Source: Octopus vulgaris
Taxonomy: Eukaryota
DNA: 64,000 nucleotides
Assembly: GCA_951406725.2 (NCBI GenBank)
Contig: OX597821.1
Location: forward strand, 117,366,001-117,430,000
Direction of reading: 5' to 3'
Part shown: positions 39,101 to 52,327 of the stretch, piece after piece
Layout of the letters: each line of letters starts with the position of its first letter
Numbering within the stretch: the first letter of the stretch is position 1
Notes under the pieces: generated by a model
Databases searched by the model: none
Told to the model about the DNA's origin: nothing
Seen by the model: the letters and a program-made list of their open reading frames with translations, nothing else
Translations under genes and position numbers: made by a program

Positions 39101-40207
39101 AAGAGCCGGTGATTTTGTGTCTTCGTCTGTAGAGAGACGTATGAGCAGATTCCTAAGCGTAATACTCTGTTTTCCTGTATTCGCTGCAACGGAAAAGGAA
39201 AAATTGAGAGGGAAAACTAAAAAGAAAAAAAAATATTGGAATATAGTTCCCTCAGGTTACTTCAACGCGAAAACTTCCATTGATTGCACCGGTTTTTGAA
39301 CAATCGAAAACCCTAAACTTCCTAAAACGACGTATCGATGGCCGGAGGCGGCTCTTACAGAAATCTATTTAATTTTTCATCTACTAATTATCTATTCTGG
39401 GAGGAAATCTGGTTTCCCAGTTCAAGCAAAAAGAAGACTGGAGTAGCGGTTGTATATTGTGAATAAGAAAAGAAGACGGAGGACGACTAAATCGTCGTGG
39501 AAGAATCCTCATTTAATTGGAGATATCTTCATCTACAACACGAACAAACTCTGATTATTTAGATAACTCATTCTTATTGCCGGAAAAAAAAAAAAGCATT
39601 ACATCTTCATAACAGAAAAAAGAAACTGACAATTTTTTTTTTTAATAATTTCATTATATTTAAAATTAATTCATCGTTTATTTAAATATCTGCACACAAA
39701 ATTTATTTAAACCAAAAAAAAAAGACCCCAGAAAACCAAAACATATTATATCTCTACCCATATATATAATCGGATTATTGTCTCAACATCTCTGTGCATC
39801 TTTCGACTTGATGTTTTCGGGTTTTCTTTCTTGTTAATTGTAAAACTTGGACGTGAACGAAACGGAACTTGATGGTGTTGTTACTAAACATGCTTTTGTA
39901 AACAGAATAACTAATACCCAATAGTAGTGTATCTAGTTTTATTGACGATCTCAAGTCGATGAAGCATATAAACAAACCTAGCAGTAAATCAAGGAGGCTT
40001 TCTCACTGAAGGCAGCAAAGCACTTCATACTAATCAGGAAGATAAACCATATCTTTTATTCATTTTTTCCCCCCATTTCTCTCTTTATCCTCCTACTATA
40101 ATTCTCACTTCGCCTAATTCGGTGAGATTATCTGAAATTTCAACATTCAAGTTGCTTTAAAGCTCGGATCTACCACAGAAGAATTTATTATCTAGTTGAG
40201 ATATTAT

Positions 40208-40237
40208 ATGATGGCTAATGACGATGTTAAATGGGAG
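40208..40237 (+). CDS. Candidate first coding micro-exon 1a of an unidentified gene (MMANDDVKWE)
   Basis: ATG ATG GCT AAT GAC GAT GTT AAA TGG GAG|GTAAGC: strong phase-0 donor, following about 1.1 kb of non-repetitive leader downstream of the promoter. Too short to name. Confidence 0.55.
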
Positions 40238-40340
40238 GTAAGCTATTATTTACCAAAAAATTATTTCCTTCTCATTGTTTCTTCATTTCTTCCTTTCTTT
40301 TCTGTTCTCATTTTTTGTTACAACCCATAATGTAAAGCAA

Positions 40341-40430
40341 CCCACGTGACCGCTGTTTAATCTTGTAATTGGCTGCTTTTACCGCGTGACCTTCTGTTGA
40401 TGTTTTCATTGGTCAGTAACGGCGCGCTTA
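40341..40430. promoter_or_regulatory. Alternative promoter: duplicated E-box + CCAAT module
   Basis: CCACGTGACC (40342) with ATTGG (40368), and CCGCGTGACC (40382) with ATTGG (40408), at identical spacing. Followed by GGCGCGC and the ATG at 40501. Confidence 0.6.
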
Positions 40431-40500
40431 ATTTAAATCCACTAATTCACCGATTGTTGCTCGTTTTGGTTTTTTATGCTAGAGTTTATTAAATCCAACC

Positions 40501-40521
40501 ATGGCGAGCTCACCGTTGAAG
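40501..40521 (+). CDS. Candidate alternative first coding micro-exon 1b (MASSPLK)
   Basis: Strong Kozak CCAACCATGG; ATG GCG AGC TCA CCG TTG AAG|GTAATT. Phase-0 donor, same phase as exon 1a, directly downstream of the E-box/CCAAT module. Confidence 0.55.
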
Positions 40522-41848
40522 GTAATTGGGTTTTAATATTGCTTTTTCGTAACCTGATACATATATATATGAATCTCCATTGTTTTCGATCTTCATTCAT
40601 AATTACGATTTTTTTTATTCATTCATGATTACGATTTTTTTTCACTGGAAGAGAGACAATTGATTCAATGAGATCAAAAGCTGTCATCTCTTCTCTTTAT
40701 AATTTTTTTAATTGAATGACTTCGATCCAATCAATGTAATTTCATTATTATGTAAACCTACTATCTTCACACGTAGAAACAATCTCAAACGACGACTGAT
40801 CAGATTCAACTGTCATTGAATTTAAATTTGCACTTTAAAAAATGGCTGAACCAAACGCTTAAATACATTCAAATAATAATGAATGCATGTATTTAATTTA
40901 AAAAAATCACTTGAAGATTTGCGTTTTTTTATTGTCGCAAGTCGTCTCTGATCTAGCAGTTTTTTATGATCAAATGCATTCTAATCATAGCTATCCGTTC
41001 TGCCTTAGCACTGCATCGGTGACCAGTTAACCACATGATAGATTGACGGTTAAAAGTTAGAGATTCTGAAGAAATAAACCAGAATGTTTCATACTTCGAT
41101 CGAATTTTAAGTCCTGAGAGGCATACCGAAAGAATATCTTTTAAAGGATAAACTATACAGTTTAACTAGTATAGCTTGATCTAATAGTAACGGCTCCAGA
41201 TTCTTGTATAAATGACGAAACAACTCGATTCAAATACTGCTCTTATTAGGAGTTAAAGGGCATTGTATACTTGATGATTCTTCTCATTTCATTTAAAGTC
41301 GTAATATAAAAGAGGGCCATCGGTTATGCAATGTGTCCTTTCCTAAGACTGATTTCAGGGAGATGCTGGCCGCGATTCATGACAACAGCTCAAACGGTCA
41401 ACTGACGGTTTGAATAATTATTATTAACAGTTTATCCAAATCTCCAGATAATCGTTAAGTAATTCTTGTTTTAAAAGCATATATGAACTAATTGATGTTA
41501 AGGATGATCTAATTATTCTTTTTGCATGGCTATCGAGTACAATTTAAACATTTTTGAACGAGAACTTGCGTTTTTGTCAAATTTTTTGTACTTTTTAAAA
41601 AGATAATCTTTTGACATTTATACGAAAAGTAAAAGTCAAAACATCAGGTATTCCGAACTCTTCACTAATTTTTTCACTTGAAACATGTTAAATCAAAAAA
41701 ATAAATATTTTGCCTCAAGTCTTGTTTGGACAAATGGTCCAAATTTTATAATTATTTAGTCCTCAATGCCTGAACGTTTGAGTAAATGGTTGAGGGGCAT
41801 TGAAAGAGTAAGATAGAAACGAAATAGTGGTGAAAAAAGATTCGATCA

Positions 41849-41914
<66 letters not shown>

Positions 41915-44900
41915 CATACATGCACACACACACGTTTCCAAGCTTTCTTCAACGATGTTGTTGCTATTTTTAATGTCTTCCGATGTTAGAGCGAATCGTT
42001 TTCGTGTGTGTTATATTTACACACTAGTAATATGTTTTTAACAGTTGAACTCAATGTCGAAAAGCGTATAAATATTGGGTTTAAAAGTCCTTTGGTCTGT
42101 TTAGCCTCAGATCAGCTCCTATTGATTAAGATCTAGGCTCAACGTTTCAACTGCGACCATTTCCTCTATAGACATTGTTTAAAGTGTCTTTCTTTTAAGT
42201 CGGTAGGATATATTTGAGTAGGGATCAAGACAAAACACTCTTGTCTCCCCAAATTTTTTAAAGAAAATAATGAAAACATTAATTTAGTAGTCCTCACTAT
42301 TTATAATTTGCTAAAATATAATGACCAAATTATTATTTCGCATTTGTTTTAAAATCACAGGTGTTCTGATCTCATTTACATTTTAAACATGGATTTTTTG
42401 TTCTTCATTCGAGGAGATTCGGCCGCTGTTTCTAGTAAGTCGAGCGATCGCATAGAAACTCCCTTCGTAAATGAGGATAGTGCGTGGTATAATGAATATC
42501 CTGATTACAGGAAATTGGCTTAATACAGACGTCCTGATCCGAAACTCCACCGACGAAGGATTGCAGATGTAGGCAATCTTTCATACCGAAAGAATGCCGT
42601 GAGCAATCTTTCGTTTAATGTACATATAATGGCGGACAACAAAATGCGAGGAAATCAACTGGCCAAACCGTTTCTTACACTCTGAACCGGTTTTCGTTTC
42701 GTACATCCCAACAACAAAGTGTTTGCTTTATATATATTAGAGGAACACAATGAAAAGAGACGTGGAGTTTCTTTCGTCAATCAAAAGTAAATATCACGCC
42801 GTGCATGGAAGGCGCATCTGACAATCATCTCAATGCACATTGTGTAATCCGTTAAGTGAGTTTTTTTAAAAGGTCTCCGATCCTCAGACGACAATATTGT
42901 AATATTTCTAAATGAATTTACGTTTCTCCAATAAATCGAATCGAATAATGTCATGGACATATATTTTTGTTTATTCTACATTTGTAAATTCATAAGCTCA
43001 GCCCATCTTTGGGCTGCTTAATGACCTACTTCCTTATCAAGAAGCGCGAATTTTGAATCTCCACAAACGTCTAGACGTACCTGATGAATAAATTACCTTA
43101 AAGTTGTTCATTAAACATTAACCGAAAATTTGAAATTTGTTACAGCTTTTTTTTTCTTCTAGTAACAAGTTTTGTTTCTTATCTTTCAAGATTTGTGCAG
43201 CAAGACTCGTTTTAGTCACTGGACAACTCACACAATGAGTTTGAAACGCTTTATGATTTCATTAACGATCCCATTATATTACTACACATATAATTACGAT
43301 CGTATATACTATAAATATGAATGAAGCTTATAAACTAGCGAGAGAACGAATTTTGATGCTTGATTGAGACGTATTCTTAAGACGCTATTAGTTTTATTCT
43401 GTAATAGGTTTTCTGTTGACATGTCTTTTTCATTCAGTTTCTTTATCTCCTCTGTCTTTCCGTTTACCTCGGTAAAAACTCCATTTATATTTTGGCTAGG
43501 TCTCAAGACAAACAAAATTACATACACTATCGGCTGGTTCAGTGTATTTCTATATTACATAGAATAATTTCTAATACAGGCAAAAGGCCAGCCATTTTGA
43601 GGGAGATGCTATATAGCTGATTAGATTGAAATTTCCCCCCGGATTTCATTTATTCATCGATCCAAGTTGTTGTGTATGGCAGAATCTGTAGAGCATCTGA
43701 CAGAAATACTTGCGTACCATTTGGTTATGTCCCTTTACTGTTTGAATCCGAGCCCCGATTTCGTCTAGTTGTCTTCCAGTCACGTTTCGATGTCGATAAA
43801 GTAAATACTGGAATCGATACAATCGACAATCAGTGCTGGCCCAATATAAATAATAAACATTGGAACATAGTTTATACGAAGTTTGGGAATGTGGGTGTGT
43901 CCTGGTTTTTCAAATTACGAGGTCCTAAGACAAGGTCTCCGGTGACGTGCTGACCCGGAGGATACATACATACATACATATATATATTGAAATTGAGGTA
44001 TGAGGAGGAATTAGAGATTAAATTTTGTGATAGAAGTACCCTAATTAAATTTATACATGTGTGAGTGTGATTGGCATAACCATGATTGACGGATAAAATG
44101 CTTTGTGATATTTGTTCTGGCTGTTTTCGTTAATGAGTTGGACGAGGTGAACTTTGCCTTACATCATTCTGAAGTCGATAAAATATAATGGAGTGGGGAT
44201 CGATGTAATCGACTGCCCTTTATCCCCTAAATTGAGGTTGTGTGCTTTTTATGTAAATAAATCAACACTTCCTGAAATATTTTTCATTGTATGTGGAAGT
44301 AGTAAAGCGTTAATTGCATTTATTACTATGAAAAATAGAACAACCGGATATACAAAACATTTACGTTATTTTCTCGTATACGATCTCTTTCTATTTTTAA
44401 TTGAGATCAATGGCTTGAATTTTGAATGGTTATTTTAGAAAAATAACTGTGTTGGTTAAATACCGTTATTTCTTTGAATGGTTTGAGAAAGGAATGTATA
44501 AAACATTCATAAATGTATACGAGTTTATAAATTAACTATTTTCAATATTTTACTTTTGTGTGTGTGTGTGTGTGCGTATAGTTATGCTGCAGTTTAGGAA
44601 ACCTTGAGTAAATGCTGTATACCATAGTTATGTATTTTAGATTTTGAAACCCGTCTGTAGGAAGCAAGAAAGCTTTTAGATGCACTGCTTAATGCTTCAT
44701 TTGAATGTTCCTTGTAAACTATCTTTACCAATTATTGTGTTCCTTAAAAAAAAAAAAAAAAAATGGACTGCTCTTCTAGTAGGAAGTAGGATACCATGAT
44801 AAGGAACAAGATGAAGTCGTTTCGTCCTCGTGCTTCAAGTATAAATACCGAAGATTAAATTGTGTTCAGATTTCATTCTCCGTTTATGTTGCTTATATCT

Positions 44901-45925
44901 TTCACGAATAGGTAATAATTGATGCTGATTAAGAGAAGGAAAAAGTAGAAAATAAAAACCAGTGGTCTATGTTTTTATCGTTTCTGAAAATAAATGTAGC
45001 GATTATTTGAGAATTTTTCAATTTACTATAGCTTGAATCTTGTTTGTAGTATTTTTGTCTTTAAATATTTTATTTGAAAATATATTTCTGTGTTATTAGG
45101 AAAGAATACGGTTTGTTTTATACATGTGTTAGGTGCCCGCTTTACTCAAATATTTGCTGTTCAGACAAGACAGGGAAGAAAATGCAAGGGAATTAACTCT
45201 GTAAAACCAAGCACTAAAAATTCCAACTTGTTTTCACATTAAAGAAAAGAAAATTAATTATATCTCAGTTGAAATTTCCTGAAATTGTTAATCAGGCTGG
45301 TTTTTCTACTTCGATTTTGTTTGATGTTTACTTTTTTTGTGAAGAGTTTAAAACATTGTGACAGTAACAATGTCAAAAGAATTTTGAAGAGAACATGTGC
45401 TTCGCCTTTTTGGCTTCGTTGAGTCTCATTCTGTTTTCCCTGCTATCTCAGCGATACATGCTTAAGGTTGTATTGGTAGTGGTTAATATGCACAAGAAGT
45501 AATCAAATATTGTTGTAGGTTTTATATATCATTTCCCAAATTTAAGCCATCAAAGGATTAATTTCAGATATTCATACCGTCCGGTTAAAAATAACAATAG
45601 GCATGGTTTCTGACTGCAGTAAAGATTTTAACTAAGATGCCACATTTTGTCTTGGAAATATTTCCCCAAAATTAAGACTAAATATATTTAGGGTCAGTTT
45701 CTCCTGCTTTATGGTGTTAGAAATTCTATCAAATATATTTCTTTGATCCTGTAAATATTTGCGATATAATGTACTGGATTACTTATAGCCATATCTTTTT
45801 AATTAATCTTTTTTTAATATTTTTCATAAATGGTGTTTTTGCAAGAATTTCAATTCAGAAATCTCGTGAGGGTATATGCATATTTTATTTTAAAGCTTGT
45901 CACTGTTATCTGAGATGAATAAATA

Positions 45926-46222
45926 GGCGCAGGAGTAGCTGTGTGGTAAGTAGCTTGCTTACCAACCACATGTTTCCGGGTTCAGTCCCACTGCGTGGCA
46001 CCTTGGGCAAGTGTCTTCTACTATAGCCTCGGGCCGCCCAAAGACTTGTGAGTGGATTTGGTGGACGGAAACTGAAAGAAGCCTGTTGTATATGTACATA
46101 TTATATGTATGTGTGTCTGTGTTTGCCCCCCCCCCCCAACATCGCCTGACAACCGATGCTGGTGTGTTTGCATCCCCATAACTTAGCGGTTCGGAAAAAG
46201 ATACCGATAGAATAAGTACTGG
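45926..46222 (+). mobile_element. Best-preserved SINE family A copy (Pol III A/B boxes)
   Basis: GGCGCAGGAG-TAGCTGTGTGG (A-box)...GGTTCAGTCCC (B-box)...CCTTGGGCAAGTGTC CORE-like segment; CpGs retained. Confidence 0.85.
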
Positions 46223-47965
46223 CTGCATCATATTTATCAGAAAGATGAAGAGGAAAGTTTACAATAAATCAACTAACAATGATTGGGAGGTGTTTTATGA
46301 GATAAGAAACTAAGTTATTTATCCCAGGTCAAGACATGGTTGGACAGATATGTGATCAAAAGTATGGTTGAGCTCTGTATATTTTGCATCATTTAATTGA
46401 GCTGATGCCATGTGAAGAGCACCTGGTACACTCTGTAAAGTGGTTGGCGTTAGAAGAGCATCCAGCTGTAGAAAGCTCGCCAAAATAGACAATTTGAGCC
46501 TGATGCTTGCCAGTTCCCATCAAACTGTCTAATCCATGCTAGCAAGGAAAGCAGATGTTAAATGATGAGGATGATTATGAAATTTTATTGTAGGAAGTAA
46601 GAAATTTTACACTTTATAGTCATTGCAGAGAATAATTGCAATGGGATTGCTGACAGATTGATACGGTATCTAACAATTTAGTGACCTATTTCAATTATGA
46701 AAGTAGAGTTTACGTTCTTGTGCTATGGACCCTGTGCTCTCTGCTCGGACAAATACCTCCTCTACCAACTACCATTTGTTGGTTTCCTTTCTTCTTCACT
46801 GATATATTTATCCTGCAAAATCAGTTGACATTTCATCTCCCCCGACAAAAGAATTCTTTAGGTCCCAGCCTAGAATTGAACTTGGAATTTTGGGGTTAGT
46901 AGCCCGCTCTCTTAACCCCAAGATTCTGAGTTCAATTCCATGCTAGGACCTAAATAATAATAATAATAATAATTCTGTTCAAAACGTTGAATTTATTTCA
47001 TAGCTGAGTGGTAAGAAGTTTGCTTCCAAACAACATGGTTCTCGGGTTCAGTCCCACAGCATGGCACCTTGGGCAAGTATCTTCTACGAAAACCTTGTGA
47101 GTGAATTTGGTAGATGGAAACTGAAAGAAGCCTGTTGTGTGTATGGGTGTGACTTTATGTCTGTGTTTGTTTGTTTCACACCACTGCTTGACAACCAGTG
47201 TTGGTGTGTTTATGTTCCTGTAACTTTGGCAAAAGAATCTGATAGCATAAAATTCTTCATAGGCATTGCCCCAGCTTGACCACAGTCTAATGACTGAAAC
47301 AAGTTAAAGTTATTGTTTTTTACTGGCCCAAGACTTAGATTCCTCAGATTCCACTTGAACCCTTTCGCATTCAGATGTTATGCTTATTTATTCATTTTGT
47401 TTTAAATTAATCACACTTTATCTGGTGGCTTTGAGATTTCAAAGATATGATTGTTTACTTTTAGAATGACATTGTTGGGTATGTGTGAGAGGTCAGACCT
47501 GATTAGTTTGAACATAAAACAAATTGAATATTTAGGCTAGATATCATCATCATCGTTTAACGTCCATTTTCCGTGCTAGCATGGGTTGGACGGTTCGACT
47601 GGGGTCTGGGAAGCCAGGAGGCTACACCAGGCTCCAGTCTGATCTGGCAGTGTTTCTACAGCTGGATGCCCTTCCTAACGCCAACCACTCCGTGAGTGTA
47701 GTGGGTGCTTTTTACGTGCCACCGGCACAGGGTATGGCCAGATTAGATGCTAAAGAGTTGAGCAATTAGTCATTTGCTGTGTAATAAGTGCTAGGTTTGT
47801 ATCATGCTTAAATATCAGCAATCAGTGAGTAGGTGGGATGGTAGGATGGTGGTTTGTTAAATTTCTTCTTCCTGCAAATCCTGGCAACTATTTTGTTTAG
47901 ACTTGCATCAGCCAATAATGTTCCAGCCATGACCATCCTGTCATTTTGGATATCAGGATCTATAT

Positions 47966-48183
47966 CAGTGGTTCCTTACCAAATTTCATCTGTAGAACCC
48001 TGTGGTCCTGGTTTCACTTGTGTGGAGCCTGATAGCCATTTGATGTTTAAAATACTCTATTTTTTCATGATTAAATATTATTAGGAATTGTATTAAAAAA
48101 ATCATTGAAATATTCGATGTATTAACCAATTTGTTGCAGATAAATTTTAACAAGAAAATCTGGACCTTGGTTGAGAATCACTG
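47966..48183. mobile_element. hAT (Charlie-type) MITE
   Basis: CAGTGGTTCCTTACC ... GGTTGAGAATCACTG termini with near-TSD ATCTATAT/GTCTATAC. Confidence 0.6.
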
Positions 48184-48460
48184 GTCTATACTGTCCAATA
48201 TGGCCTTTCAGTTTTTAACATTGTAGCATGTGATTTTAGAGAAATTTAGCTGCTGTTTCTAGCAGGTAGAGTGAAAATGTATAGGTTTTCTTGGCATGTA
48301 GTCAATATAAAACACAAGTCTCTCTCAACAATAGATACAGTTACAAATTCTTCTGGGTGCAGTAGGCATGTACGTCCTTGTTTATCGGGTTTGGTTCCCC
48401 CCCAAAAAAAAACTGATGAATAAATCACCTCCCTATACTTCATAAATGGATTGAATGGTA

Positions 48461-49021
48461 CAAGGGTGAGTCAAAAAGTGATGCCATTTTCTTTAGGACA
48501 GGTATAATTACCAACACAGGAACATGTATCATACATTAAAATGAAGCTGGTCCTCTGGATCACATCCCTACTTCAACATAGTTACCATTTCTCACAATAG
48601 CGATGTTCCATCTTCGAATGAGGGCATGTATCCCTGCCCCGTATATTTCTGTTGACTGTTCTTTGAGCCACTTCTTCACTACAGTTTTGACTTCCTCATT
48701 ACTGGAATAATGTTTGCCTCTCAAACCCTTTTTCACGGGGCCAAAGAGATGATAGTCTGAAGGCGCTAAATTATTGCAGTGACAAGGAATTGAAAACTGT
48801 AGTGAAGAAGTGGCCCAAAGAACACTCAACAGAAATTAACGGGGTAGGGATACATGCTCTCATTCGAAGGTGGAAATTGCTATTGTGAGAAATGGTAACT
48901 ATGTTGAAGTAGGGATGTGATCCACAGAGGACCAGCTTCATTTTGATGTATGATACATGTTCCTGTGTTGGTAATTATACCTGTCCTAAACAAAATGGCA
49001 TTACTTTTTGATTCACCCTTG
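48461..49021. mobile_element. mariner-derived fold-back MITE made of two inverted 3' ends
   Basis: TA|CAAGGGTGAGTCAAAAAGT ... ACTTTTTGATTCACCCTTG|TA with ~240-bp inverted arms. Minus strand encodes LAPSDYHLFGPVKKGLRGKHY...WLKEQ...GIHALIRRW...GNYVE (mariner C-terminus). Confidence 0.92.
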
Positions 49022-49089
49022 TAGATTCACTGACACTAGATTTGGGGCTCACAACAGTGAAGCTTCCATTGTCACATATATTTTGATCA

Positions 49090-49572
49090 TCTGCTTGAGA
49101 AGACCCGGCAAGCCAAGTGGGACCATAACCGGCCCATTTTAGAGTACCCTTCAATCATTGGGCAATAAACTGTGCTTGTGAAGACCTGTTGAATCAAGTA
49201 AAGCCATTGTCATGGATGATGCCAGTACCGCCTGACTGGTGCCAGTGACATGTAAAAAGCACCATTTGAGTGAGGTTGATGCCAGTGCCACCTGACTGGC
49301 TCCCATGCTGGTGGCACGTAAAAAGCACTATTCGAATGTGGTCGTTGCCAGTGCCGCCTAACTGGGCCTTGTGCCAGTGGCATGTAAAAAGCACCAACTG
49401 CACTCTCAGAGTAGTTGGTGTTACGAAGGGCATCCAGCTGTAGAAACCTTGCCAGATCAGATTGGAGCCTGGTACAGCCTTCTGGCTTGGCAGTCCTCAG
49501 TCAAACCATTCAACCCATGCCAGCATGGAAAGCAGATGTTAAACGATGACGACGTCGATGATGATTATGATG
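49090..49572 (+). mobile_element. RTE LINE extreme C-terminus + 3' UTR
   Basis: CTTGAGAAGACCCGGCAAGCCAAG (LEKTRQAK) followed by hairpin modules and the (GAT)n tail. Confidence 0.85.
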
Positions 49573-52327
49573 ATCTCCACCTTTTCCCCTACAGAATACA
49601 TCTTTAATGTTTGTGAGGATAAAATACTTTTGTATTTTTTTCTCTAGTTCTACGTTGATAGGTACAAATATGTAAATCCATATAAAAAGTATACACCCTT
49701 GCAACATGGTCACATACACAGAAGTGGCAGTTGGTGCATTATGGGTGGTCGCTGGGACATGTTTTTGTGGTACAATCAAAATCATAGTCTTATCACAAAT
49801 CAAACAGTGATAGGTGTAACGTTGGTTCACAGTTGGGTGTACTGTGTTAGTCCAGATCAGTGACAAATGAGGTTACGACCATAAGAGCAAGCATAGCTGT
49901 GAGGTTAAGAGGCTTACTTTGCAACCATATAGTTTTGGGTTCAGTCCCAATGTGTAGCACCATGAGCAGGTGTCTTGTTCTATAGTCTCCTCTGGCTGGT
50001 ACCTGGTGAATGAATTTGATAGATGGAGACTGAGTGAAACCTGTTGTGTATGTACATATATGTGTGTGTGTATACACACAGGCACATATATGTGTATGTG
50101 TTTTTGTCTTTGTGAATGGGTTTGGCTAAAACCCCTTCCAGGTGGTGCCCTGGAATGGCTGCAGTCCAGTGACTGAAACAAGTGTAAAAGATGATAAAAG
50201 GATGAAAATATGTGTGAAGGACACAGGCTGTACTCAGTGAGTCAACAGAAGGATCAGGTATTGGAAGTTGACAGTTTTATGGGTTAGAAGCTGATTAAGG
50301 ATATGAGGGCAGGGGAAACTGAATCATCAGGTGCTGACAAAGGAGAACATGCACTAGTTTTGGAGTTTGGTGGGAGGCAGGGAGAAGGTAATGGGAGGGT
50401 GTTGAAGTAGGGAGAAACAGGGTGGAGGAACTATGGATGAATGCAGTGAGGGCAATGAAAAAGAAGCAGGGGTTATCATAGAGGTGATAAGGAGCAGAGG
50501 ATGAATGCAGCAAATGTCTTAGTAAGTAAAACACTACTTGTTTTAGCTTCCTCTCTGGTATGAGAGAAGATCTCTGGAAACTCAAAGTGTTCGACCACTA
50601 CTGCTGTGTTGAATTCTGTGTTGGCCCATTGGACTTCTTTGAACCCCAAAATATGACATTGCCGCTGCATCAGCTCCCTGCAAGCTCTGCTTACAAGATG
50701 TCTAAGGTGGCTTGCCTGTATTCTAAGTTAGCATTCTGGGGGAATTCATTCACAAGGTGGTCAACCTGGTTCACTTCCCAGGTTGGTGCAAACAAACAGG
50801 AGGTCAGCTGAAGACATAGCTAGGAAAGGCAGACATGGAAGCATGATTGGGTCCTTACATCTACAGTCTTAAGCAATGGAACTGGGAGTGGGTATCTATT
50901 ATAATCTCGACTGCAGCTGACCATTGGATGTGTTAAGCATTTGTGATGGACATGGTAAACTTATTTGTTGGAGATGGCTCAACCTCCCTCAGGTGAATGT
51001 CACCTCAAGTACAAGCATGACAGTACAAGTTTTCCCTTGCGCTACCCGTTACCAATTATCATATTTCTTTTTATGAGGTTCAACATCTTGAGATCAGTTT
51101 TTGCCAGGGTCATCTGTCTTTCTAAATCTTGCTCTTCTACAGGTTCTGTCCACTTTGAGTGCTCAGCACTTTTTTATGCAGCTGATGTCATATGCATCAC
51201 ATGCCTACACTGAAGCAGTCTTCTCTCTTGCACACTTTATCTCACTCTTCTTACAGACATCTTTTCGTTGCAGTTGTTTGTATTGCATTGTTCATGCACA
51301 CAACCATGCACACCTCCAGCAAAGTATGCTTGCTTTATTTCTTTTCCATCTTTGCAAATCCTTTTGCATTCAAAGCCCATCATATCTCACTGCCAGTAGT
51401 ATTGCACTTTGCACCATACAATCTGCCCTTCACTCAGTGGAAGAGACCCTTTGTTGCTTTGCTTGGCTCGTGTTGTAGTAGAAGACACTTGCCCAAGATA
51501 CCCTGCAGTGGGACTGAACCTGTGCAGAAGCAATGCAGCCTTGTATGCACCAATATCTTTATTTACAACATTCCATGAAAACTTGTCCACCCTTTGAACT
51601 GTTCATATTATCCAGTTGTAAAAAACTTGCTATAAAATACGTCTACCACATGTTAGTATGGAAAAGTGAATTTCAAAAGACGGCAGGTTAAAAACACCAT
51701 TCGAGCGTGATCGTTACCTGCGTCGCCTTACTAGCACTTGTGCTGGTGGCACGTGAAAAAACATTCGAGTGAGGTTGTTGCCAGTGCCACTGGACTGGCC
51801 TTTGTGCCGGTGGCACGTAAAAGCACCCACTACACTTTCGGAGTGGTTGGCGTTAGGAAGGGCATCCAGCTGTAGAAACACTGCGAGATCAGATGGAGCC
51901 TGGTGCAGCCATCTGGTTCGCCAGACCTCAGTCAAATCGTCCAACCCATGCTAGCATGGAAAGCAGACGTTAAACGATGATGATATACCTAGCTACCTCT
52001 TCCAAGACACCTATTTCTGTCCTGTAATATTTCAACTTCTCATCACCTGACGTAAAGCCACATCCCTCAATACTATACCCAGCTCTGTTGAGGGGTTTTG
52101 TCTTTCAAGTTACTATGACCTTACTAGTGCTGTTGTCGTGTAAAGAGCATCCATTACACTCTGGGAAATAGTTGGCATTAGGAAGAGCACCCATTCATAG
52201 AAACCATACCAACATAGATACTGGAGCTTGTTTATTGGCTCCTTCCAAACCATCCAGTCCATACCAACATGGAAAATGGACATTAAATGAGGATTACGTT
52301 ATACACACACACACACATGTATATATA

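Noticed and set aside
40501-40536. Naming the + gene GPD1/GPD1L from MASSPLKV similarity
   Set aside because: The unspliced frame stops after VIGF and lacks the GSGNWG motif; seven residues are insufficient to assign a gene.
45926-46000. tRNA gene
   Set aside because: A/B boxes are present but there is no complete cloverleaf; it continues into a SINE body repeated many times in the window.
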